DNA from: a bacterium
GTDB taxonomy: Bacteria > Patescibacteriota > Microgenomatia > Levybacterales > UBA12049
Direction of reading: 5' to 3'
DNA: 64,000 nucleotides
NCBI GenBank assembly: GCA_021780675.1
Contig: JAJXYH010000034.1
Location: forward strand, 19,889-83,888
How positions within the stretch are numbered: the first letter of the stretch is position 1; the number at the start of each line of letters is the position of its first letter. Below the pieces are notes generated by a model. The model saw only the letters and a program-made list of their open reading frames with translations, searched no databases and was not told where the DNA came from. This document shows positions 48,311-58,647 of the stretch, piece after piece. A program made the position numbers and the translations under genes.

Positions 48311-48751
48311 TTAATTGTCTGATCTTTTTTTGAGTAATTCTAAAATTTCGCTTTGTTTTTCATTAATGTTATGAATTTCAGAAGTAAGAGTATGAATTGC
48401 AATTAACGTTTCGTGGTCGTTTAGAGCTCTAGCATCACTTGCTTCTGCCTGAACATTTTGACCAACTATAATTATTGGCAATAATACTAATTGCAAAAAT
48501 GCCTGAGAAATCCAAGCAACAATTATGATGGGGTCATGCGACATAATAGCAGCCGGTAATGCTACTAAGGAAATTAAAGCAAATAAGTATGCCATCCACA
48601 TAGAACCAACGGACTTTGTAATTATTACTGCAATGCGTGTGTTAAAACGACCAATTGGATTGTCTCCATGAACCGTTTTATGTGCATCCCGATTTAAAAT
48701 CAGTTTTGGTTTGTGGGATTTTGCTTTAGTAACTTCTTCTCTATTTGTCAT
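48311..48751 (-). CDS. small two-TM membrane protein (DUF1003-like)
   Basis: 146-aa ORF with two central hydrophobic helices flanked by charged segments. Confidence 0.4.
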   Translation of the reverse strand: MTNREEVTKAKSHKPKLILNRDAHKTVHGDNPIGRFNTRIAVIITKSVGSMWMAYLFALISLVALPAAIMSHDPIIIVAWISQAFLQLVLLPIIIVGQNVQAEASDARALNDHETLIAIHTLTSEIHNINEKQSEILELLKKRSDN

Positions 48752-49060
48752 AATTTTTTATGCAAAATTTATAGATGTAATAATACGACTACTAAAAAGA
48801 TTATAGCAGATTTTTAAATACTTTATAAACTTTTAAACCCACAAGTTTTCCAATGTTATGGCAGATAAATTTTACTTAGAGGCTCTAAAAAGAAGAAAAG
48901 AATTAGACAGTAAGAATTTAAAACCATACCTTAATATTTATCTAAATAAATTAGATAAGCTTGACAAGAAAGAAAAAAAGGGGCTGCTGAAGACGCGCTT
49001 TTATATAGCACTATTTTTCAAAACGCTGCAACAATAATCTCCTAATGCTATAATTTAACT

Positions 49061-49097
49061 ATAACGACTAACTGGATCTAGACCGGTATGCTCAGCA
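49061..49097 (+). repeat. intergenic repeat copy B
   Basis: ATAACGACTAACTGGATCTAGACCGGTATGCTCAGCA, preceded by gcTATAAT. Confidence 0.6.
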
Positions 49098-49145
49098 TTT
49101 TAACCTAAAAATTGACATTTTTTATGTTTATGAGATGATTTAGTT

Positions 49146-50414
49146 GTGGATCCGAATAGAGCATTGCAAGCTGAACAATCTAATATTCCACTTAATCAAC
49201 AAGTAAGTGCAATACCTCCTAAACCTTTATCGAGAATAAAATGGATTTCAATTTCAGTAGTAATAATTATTTTAATTATTACTTCAATAGCTGGAATATA
49301 TTACCTTGGATTAAAAAATTTATTTAATAATCAAAGTAAGATATCTACCTCTCCAGCAAATAACGAATCTATAAATGTTGGGAAAGGCTACATAGTTGGT
49401 ATAAGTAAGGATAAATTGGCATGGTATAACCCGAGCACAGGAAAAACAATATCCTCTTCAATAGCATTGTCACCAAAACAGTTTATCCTTTTCTCACCTG
49501 ACAAATCTAAATTTCTTACAGTTTCAGGTGATAGATATGATTTTAAAAATCAAAAGAGATCAATAGCTGTTTATGATAATTATGGTAACAATATTCTTTC
49601 AAAAAATATAGAAATACCTAAAGGTTATGGTATTTCATCTGGCATGGCTGATATTTCAGCAAATTTTGGGTGGGGATTGAATAGTGATGGAATCGTATAT
49701 TATTTGATGAAGCTGGTTAAGGAGAATCAGCCTATTGGAGGAGTTTATGATTTCGAATTTCATTTCGTTTCACTAGTTGATAAAACAGACACCGTAATTT
49801 ATAAAATGGAAAAAATTATTACAGAACAAAATTTTCTTGTGCAAGGATATGAGAGTGAAACGAAAAAATTAATATTGGAAGAACTCCTCACGGTGGGTGG
49901 AAATATTATCGGTATTCAGACCACAACAAATGAACAAAAAACGCTGTTTTATAATAACAATGTTCGAAATTTATCTTTAAGCACGGATGGGAAAGGCTTT
50001 ATTAACATTTCTCAACTAGATTCTACCATCTATCCTATTTCTCAAGATTTATCTAAAAAAAATTTACTTCCTCTACTTAATTTACCTGCAAAAATAGATA
50101 TGTTTTACCCCATGCCAGTGCCTATTTCTATATCCAATAATCTTATTGCCATCGTTTCATTTGAAACTAGAAAATATGGTAATTTGCTTCCCGCAGAACC
50201 CGTAAAAGTATTATTAATTGATCCAAATACTCTTGTTCTTGTAAAGACAATACCTGTTTCTGCAAGCCTTATTGAAAAGGGACAAGAATGGAAAGGCGTG
50301 ATAATAGAAGACGTAAATGAAAACGGAGATATATTAACAAATAATAAACTTTTAAGAAATAATACTGTAATAAATCTCCCTTTAGATTTTGAAGGATTAT
50401 CATTTATAAGGTAA
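49146..50414 (+). CDS. hypothetical membrane-anchored/secreted protein (GTG start)
   Basis: 422 aa with an N-terminal TM helix (ISISVVIIILIITSIAGIYYLGL). No recognisable domain. Confidence 0.45.
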   Translation: MDPNRALQAEQSNIPLNQQVSAIPPKPLSRIKWISISVVIIILIITSIAGIYYLGLKNLFNNQSKISTSPANNESINVGKGYIVGISKDKLAWYNPSTGKTISSSIALSPKQFILFSPDKSKFLTVSGDRYDFKNQKRSIAVYDNYGNNILSKNIEIPKGYGISSGMADISANFGWGLNSDGIVYYLMKLVKENQPIGGVYDFEFHFVSLVDKTDTVIYKMEKIITEQNFLVQGYESETKKLILEELLTVGGNIIGIQTTTNEQKTLFYNNNVRNLSLSTDGKGFINISQLDSTIYPISQDLSKKNLLPLLNLPAKIDMFYPMPVPISISNNLIAIVSFETRKYGNLLPAEPVKVLLIDPNTLVLVKTIPVSASLIEKGQEWKGVIIEDVNENGDILTNNKLLRNNTVINLPLDFEGLSFIR

Positions 50415-50490
50415 ATGTTGAAAATAGGTTATAACGCCATCTATAATCCCCGCAATTACGGACTATAATTCTAAAGCTCGTATCCTGGTT

Positions 50491-50545
50491 ATAACGATAA
50501 ACTGGGTTTAGACCGGTATGCTCATGTGAATTGGATTTGAACGAG
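50491..50545 (+). repeat. intergenic repeat copy C (5' module shared with A and B, 3' module shared with D)
   Basis: ATAACGATAAACTGGGTTTAGACCGGTATGCTCATGTGAATTGGATTTGAACGA. It matches repeat B at 30 of 34 positions over the core ATAACGA...GCTCA. Confidence 0.6.
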
Positions 50546-50811
50546 GCTATGTGATACCCTATTATGATAGCAGTTCAAAAAATGTCACTATCCCAATTAA
50601 TTTTTGAATAAAATCATTCATGTCTTACGCCGATAGTAAAAATAATTTATCCAATAATAAGCAGCTTTTTATTATTTTAAAGTATGTTACCATTGGTATC
50701 GGAATTTCCGGAATAGGTATTTTAATTGCAATCATATGTTTTTTATTAACCAAGCATTAATCTTCTTGACACCTTTAATAAAATCTTAAATTTTGCTACG
50801 ATAAAAGTAGT

Positions 50812-52491
50812 ATGTTACTGTCCAACGAACAGGTTAAAAATCTGTTGTTACATTCTGGTCAGGTAAGTCAGGAGACGCTTACAAGCTTAGAAGAATTTGC
50901 TAAGAATGCAAGAACCCCCTTGCAGGAAGCTGCAATAGAAAAAGATGTAATTTCCGATGAGAACTTAGGTATTTTGGTTGCAAATTTTCTTAAATTCCCT
51001 TTTATATATTTGGCAAAAACCGCAATCCCCGAAAATATATTTTCAATAATTCCTGAGAGGATTGCCCGAAAGTTTAAACTGGTTGCTTTTGCAAAAACAG
51101 CAGGTGGAATTCTTTTGGCAATGGTAGATCCTACAAATAAGGAACTTATAGAAATGATTTCTAAAAAAACAGGTCTTAAAGTTATTCCTTATTATGCAAC
51201 GGGAAGAGACATCGAAAACACACTACAACTTTATAGAAAAGATTTGCAGCAGACTTTTGATGATCTATTAAAGAGGGAAGTTGGGGAAAATGTCGAAGCC
51301 CAGGATGCGCCGATTGCCAAAATGGTTGATCTTCTTATTACTTACGCTTACAGGGATAAAGCATCGGATATTCATATTGAGCCGGAAGAAAATGATTTGT
51401 TGGTAAGGTTTAGAATAGACGGAATTTTGCATGACATGTTGTATTTGGACAAAAAACTAACAGAAAGAATTTTAACCCGCATCAAAATTTTATCAAGGCT
51501 TAGAACAGATGAGCATTTAAGTGCACAAGACGGAAAAATTAGGATGATGGTCGATGACGATAATTTGGATCTTCGTGTTTCAATAGTTCCGATTGCAGAA
51601 GGAGAAAAAGCAGTAATGCGTTTACTTTCTTCTCATTTTAGAGCTTCATCGCTTTTGGATTTAGGAATGAGAGAAGAAGATTTTAAAAAGGTGAATAATG
51701 CTATAAATAAATCTTACGGAATGATTCTGGCAACAGGACCAACCGGTTCGGGTAAAACCACCAGTATTTATTCTATTCTTAAAATATTAAATACCAGAGA
51801 AAAAAATATTACAACAATTGAGGATCCTATTGAATACCGCATGAAAGGCGTTAATCAAATTCAAGTTAATTCCAAAACTAATTTAACTTTTGCAAATGGA
51901 CTAAGAAGTATTTTGCGTCAGGATCCTAATGTAATTTTTGTAGGAGAAATTAGAGATGACGAAACAGCAGAAATTGCCGTAAACGCAGCATTAACGGGCC
52001 ATTTAGTCGTTTCTACACTTCACACCAACGATGCCGCAACTGCGCTTCCAAGACTTGTTGATATGAAAGTAGAGCCATTTTTAGTTGCATCAACAGTTAA
52101 TGTTATTATTGCCCAAAGGTTGGTTAGAAGAATATGTGAATCTTGTAAGGCGCAGGTGTATATTAAAAAGGAGGATCTTTTAAAAAATATTCCTCAGGAT
52201 TTAATAGAAAAACATTTTCAAGGTGGAGATGAAATTCCGGTTTCTCAAGGAAAAGGTTGTAAGCTTTGCCACCATACAGGTTATTTGGGAAGAATCGGAA
52301 TTTATGAAGTTTTGCAAATGTCAGAATCGATTAGGAAAATGGTTGTTGATAAAAAAGATTCGGATGTAATTACGGAAGAAGCGATAAAAGAGGGAATGAC
52401 AACCATGCAGGAAGATGGTGTTGATAAAATTGCAAAAGGGTTTACAACGCTTGAAGAAGTACTAAGGGTAACAAAGGTGGAAAGAGCATGA
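50812..52491 (+). CDS. pilB: type IV pilus assembly ATPase PilB/GspE
   Basis: N-terminal GSPII_N-like domain, Walker A GPTGSGKTT, and a C-terminal tetracysteine motif CESC...CKLCHHTGYLGRIGIYEV. Confidence 0.9.
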   Translation: MLLSNEQVKNLLLHSGQVSQETLTSLEEFAKNARTPLQEAAIEKDVISDENLGILVANFLKFPFIYLAKTAIPENIFSIIPERIARKFKLVAFAKTAGGILLAMVDPTNKELIEMISKKTGLKVIPYYATGRDIENTLQLYRKDLQQTFDDLLKREVGENVEAQDAPIAKMVDLLITYAYRDKASDIHIEPEENDLLVRFRIDGILHDMLYLDKKLTERILTRIKILSRLRTDEHLSAQDGKIRMMVDDDNLDLRVSIVPIAEGEKAVMRLLSSHFRASSLLDLGMREEDFKKVNNAINKSYGMILATGPTGSGKTTSIYSILKILNTREKNITTIEDPIEYRMKGVNQIQVNSKTNLTFANGLRSILRQDPNVIFVGEIRDDETAEIAVNAALTGHLVVSTLHTNDAATALPRLVDMKVEPFLVASTVNVIIAQRLVRRICESCKAQVYIKKEDLLKNIPQDLIEKHFQGGDEIPVSQGKGCKLCHHTGYLGRIGIYEVLQMSESIRKMVVDKKDSDVITEEAIKEGMTTMQEDGVDKIAKGFTTLEEVLRVTKVERA

Positions 52492-53543
52492 AACCAAACA
52501 ATATAAAAATATCAAATAACGAAAAATTAAGTTTTTATAGCACAATGTCGACGATGATTTCTGCCGGAATCCCAATACTGGAAGTAATAGATTCGATATT
52601 AGAGGATTCTAAGGGGAACACAAAAAAAATTGTACTTTCAATCAGAGAAGATTTAATTCAAGGAAAGTCACTTTCTGCAGCATTTTCTAAATTTCCAACC
52701 ACTTTTAATAAAGTTACGGTAAATGTTGTAAGGGCTGCGGAAGAAGCAGGTACGTTAGAAGTTGTACTAAAGGATTTAAAAGATCAACTTCAAAAAGACA
52801 TGGAATTTATGGATAATGTAAAATCTGCGGTTACTTATCCAACAATCATTTTCTTTCTGTTTTTGGCAGTTATGGTATTAATATTGGTTGTTGTTATGCC
52901 TAAGATTGCAACGGTTTTTACCTCTCTTAAAGTAGACCTTCCACTTCCAACCAGAATTTTAATTTTTATGTCGAATATTTTAATTAATAATACGGTGCCA
53001 TTTATTATGGGACTTTTGAGTATCTTTTTAGGAATTTATCTTTTGTTTAAATTTAAAAAATCAATAATTATTAATATTTTATTTTCACTTCCGATTGTTT
53101 CTAAATTAGTTAAAGAGATTGATTTGGTAAGGTTTTCAAGAAGCATGTATCTTTTACTTAGTTCAGGAATCACGATCACCGCTGCTTTAACTTTGGCAGA
53201 AGAAATAGTAATTAAAAAGGACATAAGTAGGGTAATTTTACAGGCGCAGGATATAGTCCAATCAGGGAAAAAGCTATCAGAAGCATTTAAAGGTAAAAAG
53301 ACTGCTTTTCCGGTAATTGTAGTGAAGATTATCGAAGCCGGAGAAAGAACGGGTACTTTAGATAAGTCGATGCAAGAAATTGGTGAGTTTATGGATTATC
53401 AGGTTAATTCGACTCTTAAAACATTAGTTTCTCTACTTGAGCCTTTAATGTTAATTTTTGTAGGTGTATTGGTTGGAGGAATGATGATGTCGATTATTGC
53501 CCCAATTTACGGACTTATTAGTACAATCGGTAGCCAAAAATGA
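52488..53543 (+). CDS. pilC: type IV pilus platform protein PilC/GspF
   Basis: 351 aa with GspF-type repeats and three TM segments. Its start overlaps the pilB stop. Confidence 0.8.
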   Translation: MKPNNIKISNNEKLSFYSTMSTMISAGIPILEVIDSILEDSKGNTKKIVLSIREDLIQGKSLSAAFSKFPTTFNKVTVNVVRAAEEAGTLEVVLKDLKDQLQKDMEFMDNVKSAVTYPTIIFFLFLAVMVLILVVVMPKIATVFTSLKVDLPLPTRILIFMSNILINNTVPFIMGLLSIFLGIYLLFKFKKSIIINILFSLPIVSKLVKEIDLVRFSRSMYLLLSSGITITAALTLAEEIVIKKDISRVILQAQDIVQSGKKLSEAFKGKKTAFPVIVVKIIEAGERTGTLDKSMQEIGEFMDYQVNSTLKTLVSLLEPLMLIFVGVLVGGMMMSIIAPIYGLISTIGSQK

Positions 53544-54019
53544 AAATAAATAATAACGCAGGATTTACCCTTATTGAGTTAATCGTAGTAATAATAATAG
53601 TATCTTCACTTTTGGGATTATTGGTTTTTAATTTAGTTGGAACACAAAGAAACACGGAGATTAGCTCTCAGACAGACATTATTGTTTCGGATTTGTCTTC
53701 GCAGCAAAATAAAGCAATGCTTGGTGCCGGAGGTTCAAGCGGAAATGATTACGGAATTCATTTTGAATCAAATCAATACACTTTGTTTGAGGGTAGTACA
53801 TATAATCCTGCCGATTCCGGCAATTTTGTAGTAAATCTTGATTCGGGGTATCAACTAACAAGCACATTTCCTTTTGGAGACATAGTATTTGATTCAATAA
53901 CCGGAACTGTGAGCGGATTTTTAAATGGGAATAATACGGTGACGTTGCAAGAGATAAATGGAGGAAAGTCAAAAACAGTTACTATTAATAAATATGGTGT
54001 GGTTACGGGAGAAAATTAA
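53540..54019 (+). CDS. prepilin-type N-terminal methylation domain protein (minor pilin)
   Basis: GFTLIELIVVIIIV class III signal/helix. Confidence 0.75.
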   Translation: MKINNNAGFTLIELIVVIIIVSSLLGLLVFNLVGTQRNTEISSQTDIIVSDLSSQQNKAMLGAGGSSGNDYGIHFESNQYTLFEGSTYNPADSGNFVVNLDSGYQLTSTFPFGDIVFDSITGTVSGFLNGNNTVTLQEINGGKSKTVTINKYGVVTGEN

Positions 54020-55990
54020 ATGAAAAATATTTTCAAAAACTCAGGTCAAACTTTGGTTGAACTATTAATAACAATTGGACTTGCGGCAATTTTACTTCCT
54101 GCTCTTTTAGGTGCGTTTTCGATAACCAGAAGCGGAAGAGCCCAGATGGACCAAAGAATTAAAGCAATCGCTTTTTTGCAAGAGGGTGAGGAATCGCTTC
54201 GTGTAATAAGAGCAAATGATTGGACTAATTTGGCAGATGGAACTTTTCATCCTGTTGCAACTGCAACCACTTGGACTTTGGCTCCAAATGCAGAAAATCT
54301 AGGAGACTTTACAAGACAAATTGTAATTTCGGATATTTACCGCGATGCAAACGGAAATATTGCAACTACAGGGGGGGTTTTAGATCCATCAACTAAACAA
54401 GTAACGGTTACTGTTTCTTGGAATAATCCACTTACAGGGTCGGTTACAGATGTATCTTATTTAACAAGACACAAGAATATTGCCGAGGTTCAAACAACAG
54501 TTACTGATTTTTCTACGGGCACATTTGTAAATACTGCGGCGGTTAGTACGGTTGGCAGTAGTCTTCCAAATGATGGGCAGGTTCAACTAGGCGCCGGAGG
54601 AGGAGCTAATGGAGGAGACTGGTGTAAACCTTCGCAATACATTTTAAAAACTTATGATTTACCTGGACAAGGGGTTGCACAAAATTTGTCTGCTACATCA
54701 ACTGCAACACAAAACGTTGCTTATACAACAACCGGAGGGAATGCATCTGGTGATGCTGTTGATGGTTTAACTGTTTCGTTTGCAAATCCGCCCGCTGTTA
54801 ATCCCTCTGCATCAAATAATGAGGCTAAAGCATATGGAATTTTTGTTGATGCCGGCGGAAACTATGTTTATTTTAATGAAAATAATCCGCCTAACCATTT
54901 AGTGCAAATTGTAAATGCCAGTAATTTGATCGATGTAGGAACTTTGGATGTGAGCGGAAAAACAGGCAGCAGCGTTTATGCTTTGGGGAATTACGCTTTT
55001 GTTGTTTCTGGAAATACTTTATATAGTTTTAATGTAACAAGTAAAATCGGTTCACATTCACCGGTAAGTTCTGTCGCATTAGCGGGAAACGGCAAAAGGG
55101 TAATGGTGGTTGAAAGTAATGTATATGTTGCTACCGATAGCACAAATAGTCAATTGCAAATAATTCCTTATAATTTGAATACCGGTGTTTTGGGAAATCC
55201 AACAAGCATAAATTTAAACAATAACTTAGCCGGTGTTGACGCATTTGTTAATAGTAGTGCAAGTTTTGCTTATGTGGTAACAGCCTCGTCTTCCGGAATA
55301 AACAATTTTTATATTGTTGACTTGAATAATACAAATAATAAATATGGATATGCAACTCTTGGCTTAAGTCCAAAAGGGATTACCGTTGTTCCCAGGAATA
55401 GGGCGATTATTGTTGGAACAGGTAATACAAAATATGAAGTTTTTGATACCACAATTCCAAGTGCTGCAAGCTATTGTGGAGGAATGAGTCCAACTGGTGT
55501 TAATTCAATAAATGCGGTTGCATCTGTTGCTCAGCCAGACGGAAGGGTATTTTCTTATATTCTTACCGATAATTCATCTGCAGAGTTTCAAATAGTTTTA
55601 GGAGGTCCCGGAAGCGGTAATTTTGCAACTTCGGGAACTTACACTTCTGCTCCTATTGCCCTAGCTAATGCATCAAATTTTAATTATTTTAGTGCGGATG
55701 TTAGCCAGCCGGCCAGTACGCATATTGCAATTCAAGTCGCTACGGCAAATTCCGTAGGAGGCTCATGCGCATCGGCACAATACGTATATGTTGGTCCTGA
55801 TGGGACGACCGGAACATACTTTACGCCGGTTGGGAATGTAATTTCAGGACAAATTCCGATTACAAGCCCTACAACTCCTGCAAATTATCAAAATCCGGGA
55901 GAATGTTTTAGTTATCAGGTAACGATTACATCAAGTGACCAAACCCTAACACCTGTTTTAAATGATATTTCAATAAATTATTCGCCATGA
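54020..55990 (+). CDS. large pilin-like protein (656 aa) with prepilin-type N-terminus
   Basis: MKNIFKNSGQTLVELLITIGLAAILL followed by a Ser/Thr/Gly/Asn-rich domain of about 600 aa. Confidence 0.65.
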   Translation: MKNIFKNSGQTLVELLITIGLAAILLPALLGAFSITRSGRAQMDQRIKAIAFLQEGEESLRVIRANDWTNLADGTFHPVATATTWTLAPNAENLGDFTRQIVISDIYRDANGNIATTGGVLDPSTKQVTVTVSWNNPLTGSVTDVSYLTRHKNIAEVQTTVTDFSTGTFVNTAAVSTVGSSLPNDGQVQLGAGGGANGGDWCKPSQYILKTYDLPGQGVAQNLSATSTATQNVAYTTTGGNASGDAVDGLTVSFANPPAVNPSASNNEAKAYGIFVDAGGNYVYFNENNPPNHLVQIVNASNLIDVGTLDVSGKTGSSVYALGNYAFVVSGNTLYSFNVTSKIGSHSPVSSVALAGNGKRVMVVESNVYVATDSTNSQLQIIPYNLNTGVLGNPTSINLNNNLAGVDAFVNSSASFAYVVTASSSGINNFYIVDLNNTNNKYGYATLGLSPKGITVVPRNRAIIVGTGNTKYEVFDTTIPSAASYCGGMSPTGVNSINAVASVAQPDGRVFSYILTDNSSAEFQIVLGGPGSGNFATSGTYTSAPIALANASNFNYFSADVSQPASTHIAIQVATANSVGGSCASAQYVYVGPDGTTGTYFTPVGNVISGQIPITSPTTPANYQNPGECFSYQVTITSSDQTLTPVLNDISINYSP

Positions 55991-56523
55991 TAAGACTAAT
56001 TTTAAATTTTAAAAATTCTGTTTTACAAAAAAATAAAGGTTTTACTCTTATTGAAATTCTTATATTCATGGGAATATTCTCGATTTTAATTACCGTAATG
56101 CTTCAGCTGTTTACCGCAATCTTTGATAATCAACTTGAATCACAAAGTACGACAGCTGTTTCTACGGATAGCAGATATATAGAAAATAAGTTAACAGCAG
56201 ATATTAAAAATGCTACATCATCTTCTATATTAAGCCCTGCAATAGGAGCATCTTCTTCTGCGCTAAGTATTTCTAATGGTTCGTCAACATACACATATAG
56301 TCTGTCCGGAAATAATCTGGTAGTAAATGAGCAACCGGCCGGAACTACGGATCAACTTAATAGTGTAAATACGAAAGTATCATCACTTAATTTTTTTAGG
56401 TTAGCAGATAATTCAGGACAAGATATAAGCACAATTACTGTGAGTTTTACATTAACAAGTGGAACAATTAAAAGAAGCGGGGCAGTTAGCGAAGATTTTA
56501 ATTTTACAGCAGGAACGCGTTAA
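55987..56523 (+). CDS. prepilin-type minor pilin
   Basis: KGFTLIEILIFMGIFSILI N-terminus. Confidence 0.7.
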   Translation: MIRLILNFKNSVLQKNKGFTLIEILIFMGIFSILITVMLQLFTAIFDNQLESQSTTAVSTDSRYIENKLTADIKNATSSSILSPAIGASSSALSISNGSSTYTYSLSGNNLVVNEQPAGTTDQLNSVNTKVSSLNFFRLADNSGQDISTITVSFTLTSGTIKRSGAVSEDFNFTAGTR

Positions 56524-56527
56524 TAAT

Positions 56528-56920
56528 ATGTTTAAATTAATTAAAAATAAATCAGGTCAAGCACTGGTTACATTATTATTTATATCTGTAATTGGTGTTA
56601 CCGTTATAACTGCTGCAGCTATTCTAATATTTCAAAATATTCAAAGCTCAAGTATTGTAGAACAGGGTACACAGGCTTATTATATTGCAGAAAGTGGAAT
56701 AGAAGAGGGAGTTTTAAGAATGCTTAGAAATCCTGGCTACAGCGGAACGTCCCCCGGGCAACCACTTGATGTTGACGGTGGTAGCGTGGTAATTTCTACG
56801 GCAAGCGGCGGGATAATCAGCGCAACGGGAACTTACCATGACACGTCAAGGACAATACAAGTTAAAACAGTGTACAATAATGGTGAACTAACCATTAGTT
56901 CATGGAAGGAGATAAAATAA
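56528..56920 (+). CDS. prepilin-type minor pilin (PilX-like)
   Basis: MFKLIKNKSGQALVTLLFISVIGV. The ATG at 56528 is preferred to the overlapping track start. Confidence 0.6.
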   Translation: MFKLIKNKSGQALVTLLFISVIGVTVITAAAILIFQNIQSSSIVEQGTQAYYIAESGIEEGVLRMLRNPGYSGTSPGQPLDVDGGSVVISTASGGIISATGTYHDTSRTIQVKTVYNNGELTISSWKEIK

Positions 56921-57730
56921 ATGAGTAAAAGAATTAACGCAATACTTTTTGTTGATAGTAATAGGTTATTATTTTATTCTAAAGGTGCAACTGCTACGTA
57001 TCAGATTAAGCTAAATCCCGATATATTTGTGGATTTGGAGGTTATTAACAGAGAAAAATTTGAACATTTAATTGACAATTTTTTTCAAGTACCAAGTATA
57101 AAGGGTAAGGAATTTGATATTACGATTATTTTCTCTCAGCGTACTACGTTTGAAACCGAATTAACCAGTGCAAATTCTAAGGCAGAATTTGAAGAAACCC
57201 AGCGTTTTTTAGATATGGTTCCATTTGAAGAGGTTTTAAATAATTCATACCGAATAAACAAAAAGACAAAAATTGTGGCTATAAATAAAATTTTATATAA
57301 TATTTTAAAATTAGCACTTGAGAAGAATAAGGCACATGTAGTGGTATTATTGCCGATGGGAGTATTAGCTACTGCAAATTCGGAGTTGGCCAGCAAAATT
57401 GATTTTCCTTTAATTGAAAGTAAATTAGAGTCTTTTATGCAATATAGCATAGTTGATTTGGGGGAAATGGGACTTGGTGGCGAGGTTCCAAACGCAATAG
57501 GAATAAAAAGAAAAGATGTGAGACTTTATATTTTAGTTATAGTTTTGATTGGGCTATTTGCCGTATTGATATTTTTAATTTATACAACCTTTATTGCACC
57601 TCCTAAGAGGGTTCAATCTGTAAATACTTTTCATACTTCGACAGCAACTAGTCGTGATCAAAATACTAAATCTTTTAATGCAACAGATTCCGCACAAATT
57701 TCTACTCCGAGTTCACAACTCTCCAAATAA
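56921..57730 (+). CDS. putative pilus assembly protein (PilM/PilN-like; single TM near the C-terminus)
   Basis: 269 aa embedded between the pilin genes, with a TM helix at about residue 205-228. It has no strong motif. Confidence 0.35.
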   Translation: MSKRINAILFVDSNRLLFYSKGATATYQIKLNPDIFVDLEVINREKFEHLIDNFFQVPSIKGKEFDITIIFSQRTTFETELTSANSKAEFEETQRFLDMVPFEEVLNNSYRINKKTKIVAINKILYNILKLALEKNKAHVVVLLPMGVLATANSELASKIDFPLIESKLESFMQYSIVDLGEMGLGGEVPNAIGIKRKDVRLYILVIVLIGLFAVLIFLIYTTFIAPPKRVQSVNTFHTSTATSRDQNTKSFNATDSAQISTPSSQLSK

Positions 57731-57818
57731 TTAAAATTATTTTACCCATAAATTTAATTTAGCCTTAAAATACCCCCTTGACAAAGTATTTTTTTCTATG
57801 CTAATGTTGATATAGAAC

Positions 57819-58334
57819 ATGAAAAGACTGCCCAACATTAAAAACGTAAAAGGTTTTACCCTCATCGAACTTTTAGTTGTAATCGGAATTTTAGCAATTT
57901 TACTTTCAATCGTTTTAATCGCAATTAATCCTGCCAGACAATTTGGTCAAGCAAACAATACTAGAAGAAGGAGTGATGTCACTCAAATTCTTAATGCAAT
58001 CGGAGCTTATGCAGCAGATAATAAAGGAGTACTACCAATAGGAATTCCGGTAGGTACAGCTTCTGCGGTATTTATTTCTGGATCGACAGCTACACCACCA
58101 ACGGGATTTGCGTCAGCACCAGTAGCCGGATATGCAGATTTGTGCTCAGAATTAGTTCCAAATTATATTCCTGCATTACCACAAGATCCTCAAGCTTATG
58201 CAGGAACATCAGTTACAAATTGTAGTGATACAACCTACTTTACAGGCTATACAGTATCACAAGATGCAAATCATAGAGTAACAGTATCCGCACCAAACGC
58301 AGAGAATAACGAGATCATTAGTAACACTCGCTAG
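57819..58334 (+). CDS. type IV major pilin (PilA-like)
   Basis: KGFTLIELLVVIGILAILLSIVLIAINP followed by a pilin-like globular domain. It has its own TTGACA-containing upstream region. Confidence 0.8.
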   Translation: MKRLPNIKNVKGFTLIELLVVIGILAILLSIVLIAINPARQFGQANNTRRRSDVTQILNAIGAYAADNKGVLPIGIPVGTASAVFISGSTATPPTGFASAPVAGYADLCSELVPNYIPALPQDPQAYAGTSVTNCSDTTYFTGYTVSQDANHRVTVSAPNAENNEIISNTR

Positions 58335-58344
58335 CTTCAAAACT

Positions 58345-58596
58345 ATGCCTACTAAAAAAGCTAAAAAATCTGTAAAAAAGTCAACTAGATTAGTTAAGCA
58401 CGAACCCAATATAAAAGCGATATTATCTTTATTAGTTCTACTTGTAGCATTTTCTGTTTTTTTATTATTTAGTAATTATAAGGATACATTAATGGCAGAC
58501 GCTAATTCGTTAAAAATATTTTTAATTTTAGTTATAGTATTAGGTGCATTGCTTTTAGCACTTTTATTTCTTGTTAATCCTCAAAAGAATAAATAA
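58345..58596 (+). CDS. small two-TM membrane protein
   Basis: 83 aa with a K-rich N-terminus and two hydrophobic helices. Confidence 0.4.
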   Translation: MPTKKAKKSVKKSTRLVKHEPNIKAILSLLVLLVAFSVFLLFSNYKDTLMADANSLKIFLILVIVLGALLLALLFLVNPQKNK

Positions 58597-58647
58597 CTTT
58601 TTTCGTTTACATTTTTCTTTAATTGATAAATTTGTTATTATTTAATT

